Shown here: positions 8,706-18,136 of the stretch, piece by piece
How the letters are laid out: every line of letters starts with the position of its first letter
How positions within the stretch are numbered: the stretch's first letter is position 1
NCBI GenBank assembly: GCA_034678415.1
Contig: JAXDBV010000181.1
Coordinates: forward strand, 1 to 46,800
Length of the DNA: 46,800 nt
Direction of reading: 5' to 3'
Source of the DNA: Bacteroidales bacterium
GTDB lineage: Bacteria > Bacteroidota > Bacteroidia > Bacteroidales > VadinHA17
Position numbers and translations under genes: made by a program
The notes under the pieces: model-generated
Seen by the model: the letters and a program-made list of their open reading frames with translations, nothing else
The model's database searches: none
What the model was told of the DNA's origin: nothing

Positions 8706-10691
8706 ATGAACAGTCAGGCAGTTATATTACGGGCAACTTTATGTTTGGCGCTGATCGGTACACCCTTGAAAATCTTTCCGCAGCGATGGATGGAAAACCT
8801 CGACAGGGGTGTGGTGGCCCTACGCCTCGGGGACGACAGCGTTTATGTCGGATGGCGCATGCTGGGTACCGATCCTGCGGATATAGGGTTTAACGTCTAC
8901 CGCCTCTCATCTTCCTCCAAAGCAGTAAAACTGAACCGGCAGCTGGTTGTCGAAAGCACAAACTTTATTGACACTCCGACCGGTGCTGGTGAGTCCCTCG
9001 CGTATTTTGTCCGGCCTGTCATAAAGAAAAAGTTGCTGGGCCCCTCCGACACGGCACGGGTATGGCAAAACAATTATCTCAGCATCCCCGTGCGGACGCC
9101 GGAAGGATACAGCCCCAATGATGTGTCGGCGGGAGACCTCGACGGTGACGGGCAATACGACTTCGTGGTGCATATGACCGGACGCGGGAGCGATAATGCA
9201 CGCGCCGGCTTCACCAGCGAACCCATCCTCGATGCATACAAGCTGGACGGGACATTCCTCTGGAGGATCAACCTGGGCAGGAATATCCGTGAAGGAGCCC
9301 ACTACACACAGTTCATGGTGTACGACCTCGACGGTGACGGGAGGGCTGAGGTAGCCTGCAAAACCGCCGACGGAACAATTGACGGGCAGGGCAATATCAT
9401 CGGTAATCCTGACGCGGATTACCGCACACAGGGCGAACCATGGGAGAGAGAAGCCATGAGGGCGGAACCTGAAAGGGGGAGAGAACCCGGAAGGTTCGGA
9501 AGGACGTTCCGTAGACCCACAGGCGGCCTGATCCTCTCAGGGCCGGAATACCTTACCGTGTTTAACGGGAAGACAGGAGCGGCGCTGGTGACCGTTCCCT
9601 ATATTCCCCCGCGTCATCCCGAAACAAATAATCCCACCGTTGACCAGATGCGTGAGGTATGGGGCGATGCCAGTGGGAACAGGATGGACCGGTACCTTGC
9701 ATGTATTGCTTACCTCGACGGGGAACGGCCCAGCCTGGTCATGTGCAGAGGGTACTATACCCGTGCCGTGCTCGCCGCATGGAACTACAGGGATGGCAAA
9801 CTGAATAACATCTGGGTGTTCGACTCCGATGACGGTACACCCGGTAATGAAACCTACCGGGGACAGGGAAACCATAACCTGAGCGTGGGTGACGTCGATG
9901 GCGACGGCAGGGATGAGATCATCTACGGTGCCTGTGTCATCGATGACAATGGCAAGGGATTGTATTCCACCGGCCTGGGTCATGGCGATGCTATCCATTT
10001 CTCCGACCTCGATCCTGAAAACCCCGGCCTCGAGGTGTTCAATATCCAGGAACGGTTTGATGATGCCGGTGCCAATTTCCGGGAGGCAGGGACAGGAAAA
10101 GTGCTGTGGAAGAAACCTTCCCTGCTGAAGGAAACCTTCGGCGGTGACAGGGGTGAAGGCCCGGGAAGAGGCTGTGCCATTAATATCGATCCCCGTTACC
10201 CCGGATCGGAATGCTGGGTCAAAGGAGCCGGCATCACCGACCTGTTCAGCGCCAAAGGGGAAGTGATCTCCGGCAAAACGCCTCAGGCATGCAACTTCGC
10301 AATATGGTGGGACAACGACCTGCTGCGCGAGCTGCTCGACGGAAATACCATCTTCAAATGGAACTGGGAGGAATCACGGCAGGATATCCTGTTCCGTGAT
10401 GACAACTGCCGTGCGGTAAACGGTTCGAAATCAACCCCCTGCCTGAGCGCCGATATCCTCGGCGACTGGCGCGAAGAAGTGATCTGGAGAACAGCCGACA
10501 ACAGGGAATTGCGCATCTATACCACCACCATTCCGTCAACAAACCGTTTTTACACCTTCATGCATGACCCGGTGTACAGGCTGGGAGTGGCATGGCAAAA
10601 CGTGGCCTATAACCAGCCTCCTCACACAGGTTTTTATATCGGGGACGATATGAAACCACAACTCCGCTGCAACATCAGGATTGCGAAGTGA
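8706..10691 (+). CDS. Rhamnogalacturonan lyase, PL11 (YesW/YesX-like)
   Basis: Motifs 'MENLDRGVVA', 'GDLDGDGQYD', 'NIREGAHYTQFMVYDLDGDG', 'GQGNHNLSVGDVDGDG', 'GHGDAIH' and 'QNVAYNQPPH'. Start moved to ATG 8706, which gives a signal peptide. Confidence 0.93.
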   Translation: MNSQAVILRATLCLALIGTPLKIFPQRWMENLDRGVVALRLGDDSVYVGWRMLGTDPADIGFNVYRLSSSSKAVKLNRQLVVESTNFIDTPTGAGESLAYFVRPVIKKKLLGPSDTARVWQNNYLSIPVRTPEGYSPNDVSAGDLDGDGQYDFVVHMTGRGSDNARAGFTSEPILDAYKLDGTFLWRINLGRNIREGAHYTQFMVYDLDGDGRAEVACKTADGTIDGQGNIIGNPDADYRTQGEPWEREAMRAEPERGREPGRFGRTFRRPTGGLILSGPEYLTVFNGKTGAALVTVPYIPPRHPETNNPTVDQMREVWGDASGNRMDRYLACIAYLDGERPSLVMCRGYYTRAVLAAWNYRDGKLNNIWVFDSDDGTPGNETYRGQGNHNLSVGDVDGDGRDEIIYGACVIDDNGKGLYSTGLGHGDAIHFSDLDPENPGLEVFNIQERFDDAGANFREAGTGKVLWKKPSLLKETFGGDRGEGPGRGCAINIDPRYPGSECWVKGAGITDLFSAKGEVISGKTPQACNFAIWWDNDLLRELLDGNTIFKWNWEESRQDILFRDDNCRAVNGSKSTPCLSADILGDWREEVIWRTADNRELRIYTTTIPSTNRFYTFMHDPVYRLGVAWQNVAYNQPPHTGFYIGDDMKPQLRCNIRIAK

Positions 10692-10919
10692 TACCCAATG
10701 AACAATCGGCGTGCTGCAAGGATCGCAACGGATGTTATTTTCCCGCCACTGTAGTAAAAAACCAATGTATTTCCCTTGACCGGTGGTGTATGTTTTTCTT
10801 TTTTTACAAGGTTTCTCCGCGGGTCGTTTGTACGAAGTATCATAGTATCACAGGGTAGCGTGCAGTGAAAGGGCTACCCCGTCACCAGCAGAAAGAACTG
10901 ACGGATGAAACAGAAATTA

Positions 10920-10968
10920 AATTACGTAATTAAATCCGATATTATTACGTAATTAATTCAATAATTAA
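10920..10968. repeat. AT-rich repeat: two ATTACGTAAT palindromes and a GTAATTAATTCA unit
   Basis: aattacgtaatt at 10920-10931 and attacgtaattaattcaataattaa at 10944-10968. The same motif recurs at 45845-45897. Confidence 0.75.
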
Positions 10969-12304
10969 ACACCTTTCCTCCTGCCATCACTTCCTGGTTC
11001 TCCTCGTCGAAGGTTACTTTTTCGCCGGTCTGCATAGCCGCTGTGACCATGATATCTGCAATGGAATGGTTATAGGCTGCCACCACGTCGGCGTTGCATT
11101 TTTTCCGGTTGCGCACGCATTCCATCCAGTTACGCATATGGGCGGTGGTCATGGAGTCGGCACCGGTATTGGCGGCTGTCTCGGTTACCATACCCGGCAG
11201 TTCCATCGGTTCAAGGAGGTTTTCTTTCATTCCCATCGGTTCGGCATACCTGGCGGTGAGGCCTCCGTCGGCGCTGATCTGGTTGGTGTCAAGGTTCAGT
11301 GTGCCGGCATTGGAGAAATACAGTTCCTTCACCCCGCCATAAGAATTGGTGAAACGAGATGAATACAGCACCTGGAATCCTTTACTCATGTCGTCGGCCG
11401 GCCCGTAATCCATCACTGCGGTGAGGGTATCGGCGTTTTCACGTCCGTCTTTCCATACGTAAATCCCGCCGTTGGCCGCCACCGAACGCGGATGTTCCAG
11501 TCCTGAAAACCAATGTACTGTATCGATCTGGTGAGCCATCCATTGACCGGGGATTCCTGATGAGTAAGGCCAGAACAGCCTGAATTCAACGTAATAACGC
11601 GGGTTCCAGGGTACAGGCGGTCGGTTGATGAGAAAGCGTTGCCAGTCGGTATCCTCCTCACGGATAGCCGCTACCAGCGACGGCCTGCGCCATCGTCCGG
11701 GCTGGTTCACATTCCATGTCATCTCCACCATCACGATATCACCAAACTTCCCCGACCGGATATATTCGGCAGCTTTAATATAATTGGCACCGGAACGGCG
11801 CTGCGACCCCATCTGGAAAACCCTTCCGCTCTCCTGCACCGCTTTCAGGGCTTCCCTGTTATCGCTCATGATCTCGGCAAACGGTTTCTCCACGTAACAA
11901 TCCCTGCCGGCTTTCACCGCTTCAATGGTGTGCCAGGCGTGCTGGAAATCAGCCGTGCTGATGATCACCGCATCCACATGCTTGCGGTCGTAAAGCTCAT
12001 CGTTATTCCTTGCCAGAAATACTTTTATCCCCTTTTCCTCAAAGAAAGCCCTGGCTTCTTCCCTCCGTCGTTTCCAGATGTCGGAGACGGCTACGATCTC
12101 AAAGTTGAGCTCCCGGGCCTGGCTCAGAAAGGCGGGGACAAGGGTGGCACGTGCGCGGTCAGACCAGCCGACGATCCCCACACGTATCCTGTCGTTTGCA
12201 CCCGTGATGCGCCGGTAACTGGCCGGTGTGAAGCCCAGCCCTCCCATGGCAATGCCTGCCGTGCCCAGGGCTGCCGTTTTAAGAAATGATCTTCTTCCTG
12301 TCAT
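10958..12304 (-). CDS. Tat-exported Gfo/Idh/MocA-family oxidoreductase (putative glycoside 3-dehydrogenase)
   Basis: Twin-arginine 'RRSFLK', 'GANDRIRVGIVG', 'YVEKP', 'QMGSQRRS' and 'HQID'. Confidence 0.88.
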   Translation of the reverse strand: MTGRRSFLKTAALGTAGIAMGGLGFTPASYRRITGANDRIRVGIVGWSDRARATLVPAFLSQARELNFEIVAVSDIWKRRREEARAFFEEKGIKVFLARNNDELYDRKHVDAVIISTADFQHAWHTIEAVKAGRDCYVEKPFAEIMSDNREALKAVQESGRVFQMGSQRRSGANYIKAAEYIRSGKFGDIVMVEMTWNVNQPGRWRRPSLVAAIREEDTDWQRFLINRPPVPWNPRYYVEFRLFWPYSSGIPGQWMAHQIDTVHWFSGLEHPRSVAANGGIYVWKDGRENADTLTAVMDYGPADDMSKGFQVLYSSRFTNSYGGVKELYFSNAGTLNLDTNQISADGGLTARYAEPMGMKENLLEPMELPGMVTETAANTGADSMTTAHMRNWMECVRNRKKCNADVVAAYNHSIADIMVTAAMQTGEKVTFDEENQEVMAGGKVFNY

Positions 12305-12336
12305 TTGAATGATATTAATAGTGTTTTTCGTACATG

Positions 12337-13701
12337 CTAATCCAACACTTTAATCTTGATGCTCCGGAACGATACCTCATTGCCATGATCCTGCAAAAGG
12401 ATATGACCTGAGGGAGCTTCGCCAAAGTCCTTCCAAATCTTGTATTTGCTTTCCGCCACCAGCTTCCTGAACTCATCGCTTCCCCGTTCATATTCCAGCA
12501 CCTTGAACCCGTTCAGCCAGTGTTCCACATGCATCCCCTTCGAGACGATCCTTGCCTGGTTCCATTCACCCATTGCATTCCTGCGTTTGTTTGTGGCCCT
12601 GATGAGGTCATACAACGAGGCCAGGGTACGGCTACCCTCGTGGTTCCCGAGCCTGGCATCGGGGTGGAGATCATCATCAAGAATCTGGTACTCAAGGCCG
12701 ATAGCCGATCCCTTGTTATGTTCCGATTCGGTAACGAAATACTTTATTCCGCTGTTGGCCCCGGGTGTGATGCGGAATTCCAGCTTCAGGTCAAAGTTGC
12801 TGAATTCATCCATGGTAACAATATCACCCCCGTTGACTGATTCTCCTCCGCCTGACGGGAGGACGGTGAGTATCCCGTTGTCTATGATCCATCCTTTTTC
12901 CGGGAAGTTGTCCTTGTATGCTCCGCGCCACCCGTTGCTGGTCTTGCCATCAAACAGGAGCCTCCACCCGTGTTCCGCTTCCCATACCGACAGGGTATTT
13001 GGTACCAGGTTCACCGGCTCGATTCCCATATCTTCCCTGATCCGGTATTTATCAAAATCTCCTGTGCATATCCGGATGTTTCTCCACCTTACCTTCTTCC
13101 CGGCGCTGGCCGTATCCTTTCCGATGGAGTGTACCTGCAGGCCGATGAAGCCGCTGCTTGTCAGGTTGTCGATGGTCCATGCAGCAGGGACTCCGTTGAG
13201 CCAGGTACGGATGGTATCTCCGATCGCTTCAATATGCAGGCTGTTCCAGTCCCTGAAGCGGAAGGCTGCCCTTGCTTTCTCGTTGTCGATCAGGGTATAG
13301 AGCCAGCCGCGTCGTGCCTCATCATAAATACCCCCGGTCCAGGCTCGCACGGAGGGATCGATCTCCACCTGGTAACCGTGTACGCGACCTTCCTGGTACT
13401 CAGGGAGGCTCAAGCTGCGGATCTGGATACCCGAGTTGAGCAGGGAATCAACCATGAACTCCAGCTCAAGTATGAAATCACCATAGTGCTCCGTGGTGCA
13501 GAGGAATGAATTCGGACTTCCCACGACAGTGGTACCCACGATCGCATGATCATCTACTGTATAGGATGCTGTGCCATTGACCAGCTCCCACCCCGTCAGG
13601 TCACGGCCGTTGAAGAGGCTGGTCCAGCCATCGCGCCTGTCTGAACAGCTGGTGGTTATAATGAGCAGGATAAGTGGAAGCAGATAACAGGTTTTTTTCA
13701 T
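12337..13701 (-). CDS. Tandem DUF1080 (3-keto-disaccharide hydrolase family) lipoprotein
   Basis: Lipobox TTS|C. Two repeats of 'W..LF(N/D)G....GW...NSGI...YQ...G.I.LQ.H...V..R.I.I'. Confidence 0.88.
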   Translation of the reverse strand: MKKTCYLLPLILLIITTSCSDRRDGWTSLFNGRDLTGWELVNGTASYTVDDHAIVGTTVVGSPNSFLCTTEHYGDFILELEFMVDSLLNSGIQIRSLSLPEYQEGRVHGYQVEIDPSVRAWTGGIYDEARRGWLYTLIDNEKARAAFRFRDWNSLHIEAIGDTIRTWLNGVPAAWTIDNLTSSGFIGLQVHSIGKDTASAGKKVRWRNIRICTGDFDKYRIREDMGIEPVNLVPNTLSVWEAEHGWRLLFDGKTSNGWRGAYKDNFPEKGWIIDNGILTVLPSGGGESVNGGDIVTMDEFSNFDLKLEFRITPGANSGIKYFVTESEHNKGSAIGLEYQILDDDLHPDARLGNHEGSRTLASLYDLIRATNKRRNAMGEWNQARIVSKGMHVEHWLNGFKVLEYERGSDEFRKLVAESKYKIWKDFGEAPSGHILLQDHGNEVSFRSIKIKVLD

Positions 13702-13709
13702 ATGGACTA

Positions 13710-14726
13710 TTATTTGTTTCTTACGGTTGATTCCCGGATGATCAGATGCGTGTTTACCTCGACGGTTCTTGCCGGTTTGGCCTGCTGCTTCCCGGCGATT
13801 TCTTCCAGGATGAGGTTGGCGGCATTGCTGCCCAGCCGGTGCGCATATTGTTCAACGGTGGTGATGGCCGGATCACAGAATGCCGTAACCTGTTCGTTGG
13901 CATAGCCCGCGACGGCGATGTCATCGGGCACCCGCTTACCGGCCTGCTTCAGGCAGAAGAGAACCCCCAGGGCGGCATAGTCGCCCGCCGATACAATGGC
14001 ATCGGGCAGGTCTTTTTTTAATAACCTGCCGACGCTGTCGAACCCAAACTGGTAGGTGAGTTCGCCGTCACAGATCATCGACGGATCAAGATCAACGGCA
14101 TATTCCTTCAATCCTTGCCGGAACCCTTCATACCTCTCCTTGTAGATATTCAGGTGCAGAGGACCGGTAAGGTAAGCAAAACGATGGAAACCTTCCTCCA
14201 CCAGGTGCCTGGCCAGCTCATAGCTCCCCCTGTAATTGGTGTTGACCACCATGCTTGACCGCAGATCGGTTCTTACCCTGTCAAACTGAACGAGCGGTAT
14301 CCCGTTCTCCGATATGACTTTCAGATGACCCGAAGAGACCGTCTCGTTGGAGATCGATATGATGATGCCGGCAACTCTGCTCCTCATGAGGGTTTTAATG
14401 TTTTCTACCTCTTTTCGGTAGTTTTCATTGGACTGGCAGATGATAAGACTGTATCCCGCCGGGCTGGTAACGCTTTCAATACCGCTGATGGTATCGGCGA
14501 AAAAGAACCGGTTGATCTTAGGAACGATGAGACCGATGCTATTAGCCTTGCCCGTTCTCAGGCTTGTGGCAATGGAATTGGGCCGGTAATTCAGTTCTTC
14601 TGCTGTCTTCTTCACCAGCTCACGGGTCTTTTTACTGATCCTCGGATGATTATGAAGAGCCCTCGAAACAGTTGATGCCGTGAGGTTTAACCGGCGGGCA
14701 ATATCATGTATGGTAACCTGCTTCAT
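13710..14726 (-). CDS. LacI-family transcriptional regulator
   Basis: HTH '[21 protein letters not shown]', hinge 'LNYRPN', and C-terminal '[10 protein letters not shown]' and 'LIIRES'. Confidence 0.95.
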   Translation of the reverse strand: MKQVTIHDIARRLNLTASTVSRALHNHPRISKKTRELVKKTAEELNYRPNSIATSLRTGKANSIGLIVPKINRFFFADTISGIESVTSPAGYSLIICQSNENYRKEVENIKTLMRSRVAGIIISISNETVSSGHLKVISENGIPLVQFDRVRTDLRSSMVVNTNYRGSYELARHLVEEGFHRFAYLTGPLHLNIYKERYEGFRQGLKEYAVDLDPSMICDGELTYQFGFDSVGRLLKKDLPDAIVSAGDYAALGVLFCLKQAGKRVPDDIAVAGYANEQVTAFCDPAITTVEQYAHRLGSNAANLILEEIAGKQQAKPARTVEVNTHLIIRESTVRNK

Positions 14727-14762
14727 GTTGATGATGTATCGTCACACCCAAAAAAATATATT

Positions 14763-14784
14763 GAAATGCAATCGATTGTATTTC
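14763..14784. promoter_or_regulatory. Putative LacI operator 1 (GAAATGCAATCGATTGTATTTC)
   Basis: 22-bp near-perfect palindrome with a CG centre, between divergent lacI and exuT. Core CAATCGATTG recurs at 22573 and 22821. Confidence 0.8.
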
Positions 14785-14858
14785 TCAATAAAATTATTAA
14801 ATTGTCGCGATACTGCAACGGATAAAAGTAATTTCAACAAATCTAAACAATTCAATTC

Positions 14859-16385
14859 ATGAACGAACTGTCAGCCAGAATCGGTAAATACCGGTGGACA
14901 ATCTGTGCACTTGTCTTCTTTGCCACCACTGTGAACTACCTCGATCGTCAGGTGCTTAGCCTTTTAAAAGACAGGCTTGAACTGGAATTCAACTGGAGCG
15001 ATTCGGATTATGCAAATATTGTTTCAGTATTCCAGTTTGTTTATGCTATTTCCATGCTTTTTGCCGGAAGGATCGTTGACTGGCTCGGCACAAAGATGGG
15101 ATATGCCTGGGCGTTGATTGTCTGGTCTGTAGGTGCCATGATCCATGCCCTGGCAAAAGGGACAGGCGGATTCATGGTTGCACGCGGTGTTCTCGGTTTT
15201 GGAGAATCGGGTAACTTTCCTGCCGCCATTAAAACCATCGCCGAATGGTTCCCGAAGAAAGAACGGGCGCTGGCCACAGGAATATTTAACTCCGGCGCCA
15301 ATGTCGGGGCCATACTGGCTCCGTTGACCGTCCCCTGGATCGCCCAGCACCTGGGCTGGAAAGCAGCATTCCTCATCGTGGGCGCAATCGGCCTGTCATG
15401 GCTTATCTTCTGGTTCTGGTTGTACGAAGTCCCTGCAAAGAGTAAACGGTTAGCACGGGCGGAATTTGATTATATACACAGCGATAATGTCGATGAAACG
15501 GGTGCTGCAGTGGTTGAAGATACCCAAAAGGTGCCGTGGTTCAAACTTCTCAGGTTTAAACAGACATGGGCTTTCAGCTTTGGTAAATTCATGACCGATG
15601 GGGTATGGTGGTTCTACCTGTTCTGGCTGCCGGCATACCTGAAAGCCCAGTATGGGATGACCGGGACAGAGGTGGCAATACCGCTGGCGGTACTGTATTC
15701 AATGTCTACCATCGGAAGTGTGATGGGCGGCTGGTTCCCGATGTATTTTATTAAAAGGGGATATGAACCCTATTCAGGCAGGATGAGGGCCATGCTGCTG
15801 ATAGCACTTATCCCGCTGCTGGTGTTGTCCGCCCAGTATCTCGGCGGTATCAGTTACTGGATGCCGGTGATTATCATTGGTATCGGTACTGCCGCTCACC
15901 AGGCCTGGTCAGCCAATATCTTTACCACGGTTTCCGATATGTTTCCAAAGAAGACGGTAGCCAGCGTGACAGGTATCGGCGGGATGGCTGGAGGCATCGG
16001 AGGCATTGTAATCACAAAATGCGCCGGATGGCTGTTTGATGGCTTCCGCAGTGCCGGTATCGCCAAAACATGGGTGGAGGCACAGGCTGCCAACATGGGT
16101 GAATTCGTTGAAAAGATACGCTCCCTCACACTGACAAACCGGCACGGTGATATAATTAACCTGGATAAAGTCGAACTGACAGGGCTACCGACAGAGGTGA
16201 TGCAGCAGGTCCAATCCATTGACCCGGCTATGTTTGATCAGTTGAAGACATTACAGATGCCGATCGTTCAGGGAAATATGACCACAGCATATACCATCGT
16301 CTTTGTTTTTTGTGCATTGGCTTACCTCATAGCATGGGTGGTGATGCACTTCCTCGTACCGAAATTCAAGAAGATTGAACTGTAA
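14859..16385 (+). CDS. exuT: MFS hexuronate transporter (ExuT-like) with an extra soluble insertion
   Basis: Motifs 'RWTICALVFFATTVNYLDRQ', 'GESGNFPAAIK..AEWFPKKERA.ATGIFNSG', 'WWFYLFWLP' and 'AHQAWSAN'. Confidence 0.88.
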   Translation: MNELSARIGKYRWTICALVFFATTVNYLDRQVLSLLKDRLELEFNWSDSDYANIVSVFQFVYAISMLFAGRIVDWLGTKMGYAWALIVWSVGAMIHALAKGTGGFMVARGVLGFGESGNFPAAIKTIAEWFPKKERALATGIFNSGANVGAILAPLTVPWIAQHLGWKAAFLIVGAIGLSWLIFWFWLYEVPAKSKRLARAEFDYIHSDNVDETGAAVVEDTQKVPWFKLLRFKQTWAFSFGKFMTDGVWWFYLFWLPAYLKAQYGMTGTEVAIPLAVLYSMSTIGSVMGGWFPMYFIKRGYEPYSGRMRAMLLIALIPLLVLSAQYLGGISYWMPVIIIGIGTAAHQAWSANIFTTVSDMFPKKTVASVTGIGGMAGGIGGIVITKCAGWLFDGFRSAGIAKTWVEAQAANMGEFVEKIRSLTLTNRHGDIINLDKVELTGLPTEVMQQVQSIDPAMFDQLKTLQMPIVQGNMTTAYTIVFVFCALAYLIAWVVMHFLVPKFKKIEL

Positions 16386-16651
16386 CAGGATCCGTGGGTA
16401 TCAACAGGATCTGAAGGGTTGCAGAAAGCTGTATAGCAGACAGGTGGGAGGCATGTTTTCTCACTGGGAAATTCTGTTCCGTTGATCCCCGGGGTCCCGA
16501 ATGTTTCAGCCAGGGGTGTTGCGGGATAAGTATGGCAGCCTGTTATGTGAGGAGAAGGTTGGCTGAAGGTCCGGCAACGTCATCCCGCGATGAGGTGGTA
16601 AGATTTATTCTGCCGGGATTGTAAGTCTCCTGATACCTGCCTTAACGGTAC

Positions 16652-18106
16652 TCAGACATTATACGTTGATGAGGCCGTTTCTCCTCCCCGGCCCGTCCAG
16701 TTGGTATGGAAGAACTCACCTCGTGGCCTGTCTGTTCTCTCGTAAGTGTGAGCCCCGAAATAGTCGCGCTGCGCCTGTAGCAGGTTGGCCGGCAGCCGTG
16801 CTGAACGATACCCGTCAAAGTAAGCCAGTGCAGAAGACAAAGAAGGTAACGCGATGCCGTTCATCGCGGCGGCAGCAACCACATTCCTCCATCCTTTCTG
16901 TGCCCGGAGCACCACCTCCCTGAAATACGGATCGAGCAACAGGTTTTCCAGCCCGGGGTTCCTGTCGAAGGCTTCCTTGATCTTGCCCAGGAACAACGAC
17001 CGGATGATGCATCCTCCGCGCCACAGGAGAGCGATCCCTCCGTAGTTCAGTTCCCAGCCGTATTCCTTTGCCGCTTCCATCATCAGTGTGTACCCCTGTG
17101 CATACGAAACGATCTTTGACGCGTACAGGGCGTTCTTCAGATCACCGATAAATGCTTCCTTATCACCATTGAAAGATGGCACGGGTCCTTTCAGTATGGC
17201 GGAAGCTTTCACCCTTTCTTCCTTCAAGGCTGAGAGACAACGTGCATAGACAGCCTCACCGATCAGCGTGAGGGGGATGCCCAGGTCGAGGGAGGTCACG
17301 GCGGTCCATTTGCCGGTGCCTTTTTGCCCGGCAGTATCGAGTATCTTCTCCAGCAAAGGTTCTCCGTCTGTATCCCTGTAGGCGAGTATGTCCCTGGTGA
17401 TCTCAATGAGGTAACTGTTCAGCTCCGATTCGTTCCATGCCTTGAACACCTGATGCATTTCATCATAGCTCATCCTGAGATAATCCTTCATCAGAAAATA
17501 GGCTTCTGTGATCAGTTGCATATCGCCGTATTCAATCCCGTTATGCACCATTTTGACGAAATGGCCAGCGCCATTATCGCCCACCCAGTCGCAGCATGGG
17601 GTGCCGTCTTCGACCCTGGCAGCGATAGCCTGGAATACCGGTTTCACGATATCCCATGCAGCTTTTGATCCTCCCGGCATGATGGACGGTCCGCGGAGTG
17701 CCCCTTCCTCACCTCCCGACACACCGGTACCGATATACAGGATGCCTTTTGCTTCCACGTATCCGGTTCTCCGGATGGTATCGGGGAAGTGGGTGTTGCC
17801 GCCGTCGATAATCACATCCCCTTTGTCAAGGAAGGGAAGAATCTGTTCAATGAACTCATCGACGGGTTTGCCGGCTTTAACCAGCATCATGATCATCCTG
17901 GGCCGTTTGATCGATTCAACCAGTTCCCTGACAGAATGAGTGCCAATAATGTTTTTTCCTGCCCCGCGCCCGTTGACGAACTTGTCCACCTTTTCGGTGG
18001 TACGGTTATAAACGGCAACGGTAAAACCATGGCTCTCCATGTTCAGTACAAGGTTCTCACCCATTACTGCCAAACCGATCAGTCCGATATCCGCCATCTT
18101 TTTCAT
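16652..18106 (-). CDS. gnd: 6-phosphogluconate dehydrogenase, decarboxylating (NADP)
   Basis: Motifs 'GLAVMGENL', 'YNRT', 'GVSGGEEGA', 'KMVHNGIEYGDMQ', 'GQKGTG' and 'QAQRDYFGAH'. Confidence 0.97.
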   Translation of the reverse strand: MKKMADIGLIGLAVMGENLVLNMESHGFTVAVYNRTTEKVDKFVNGRGAGKNIIGTHSVRELVESIKRPRMIMMLVKAGKPVDEFIEQILPFLDKGDVIIDGGNTHFPDTIRRTGYVEAKGILYIGTGVSGGEEGALRGPSIMPGGSKAAWDIVKPVFQAIAARVEDGTPCCDWVGDNGAGHFVKMVHNGIEYGDMQLITEAYFLMKDYLRMSYDEMHQVFKAWNESELNSYLIEITRDILAYRDTDGEPLLEKILDTAGQKGTGKWTAVTSLDLGIPLTLIGEAVYARCLSALKEERVKASAILKGPVPSFNGDKEAFIGDLKNALYASKIVSYAQGYTLMMEAAKEYGWELNYGGIALLWRGGCIIRSLFLGKIKEAFDRNPGLENLLLDPYFREVVLRAQKGWRNVVAAAAMNGIALPSLSSALAYFDGYRSARLPANLLQAQRDYFGAHTYERTDRPRGEFFHTNWTGRGGETASSTYNV

Positions 18107-18136
18107 ACCTGTATGTTTTGAACGTTGTGTAAAAAA

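Noticed and set aside
10692-10915. Intergenic stretch with a 69-aa ORF or a possible ncRNA
   Set aside because: No recognisable protein motif, riboswitch or convincing stable structure.
12440-13300. 286-aa plus-strand ORF, and the many similar 60-220 aa ORFs across the window
   Set aside because: They are antisense or alternate-frame shadows of genes with clear family motifs.
16386-16651. 266-bp gap between convergent exuT and gnd, as a possible sRNA or gene remnant
   Set aside because: Only weak, short inverted matches and no identifiable family.
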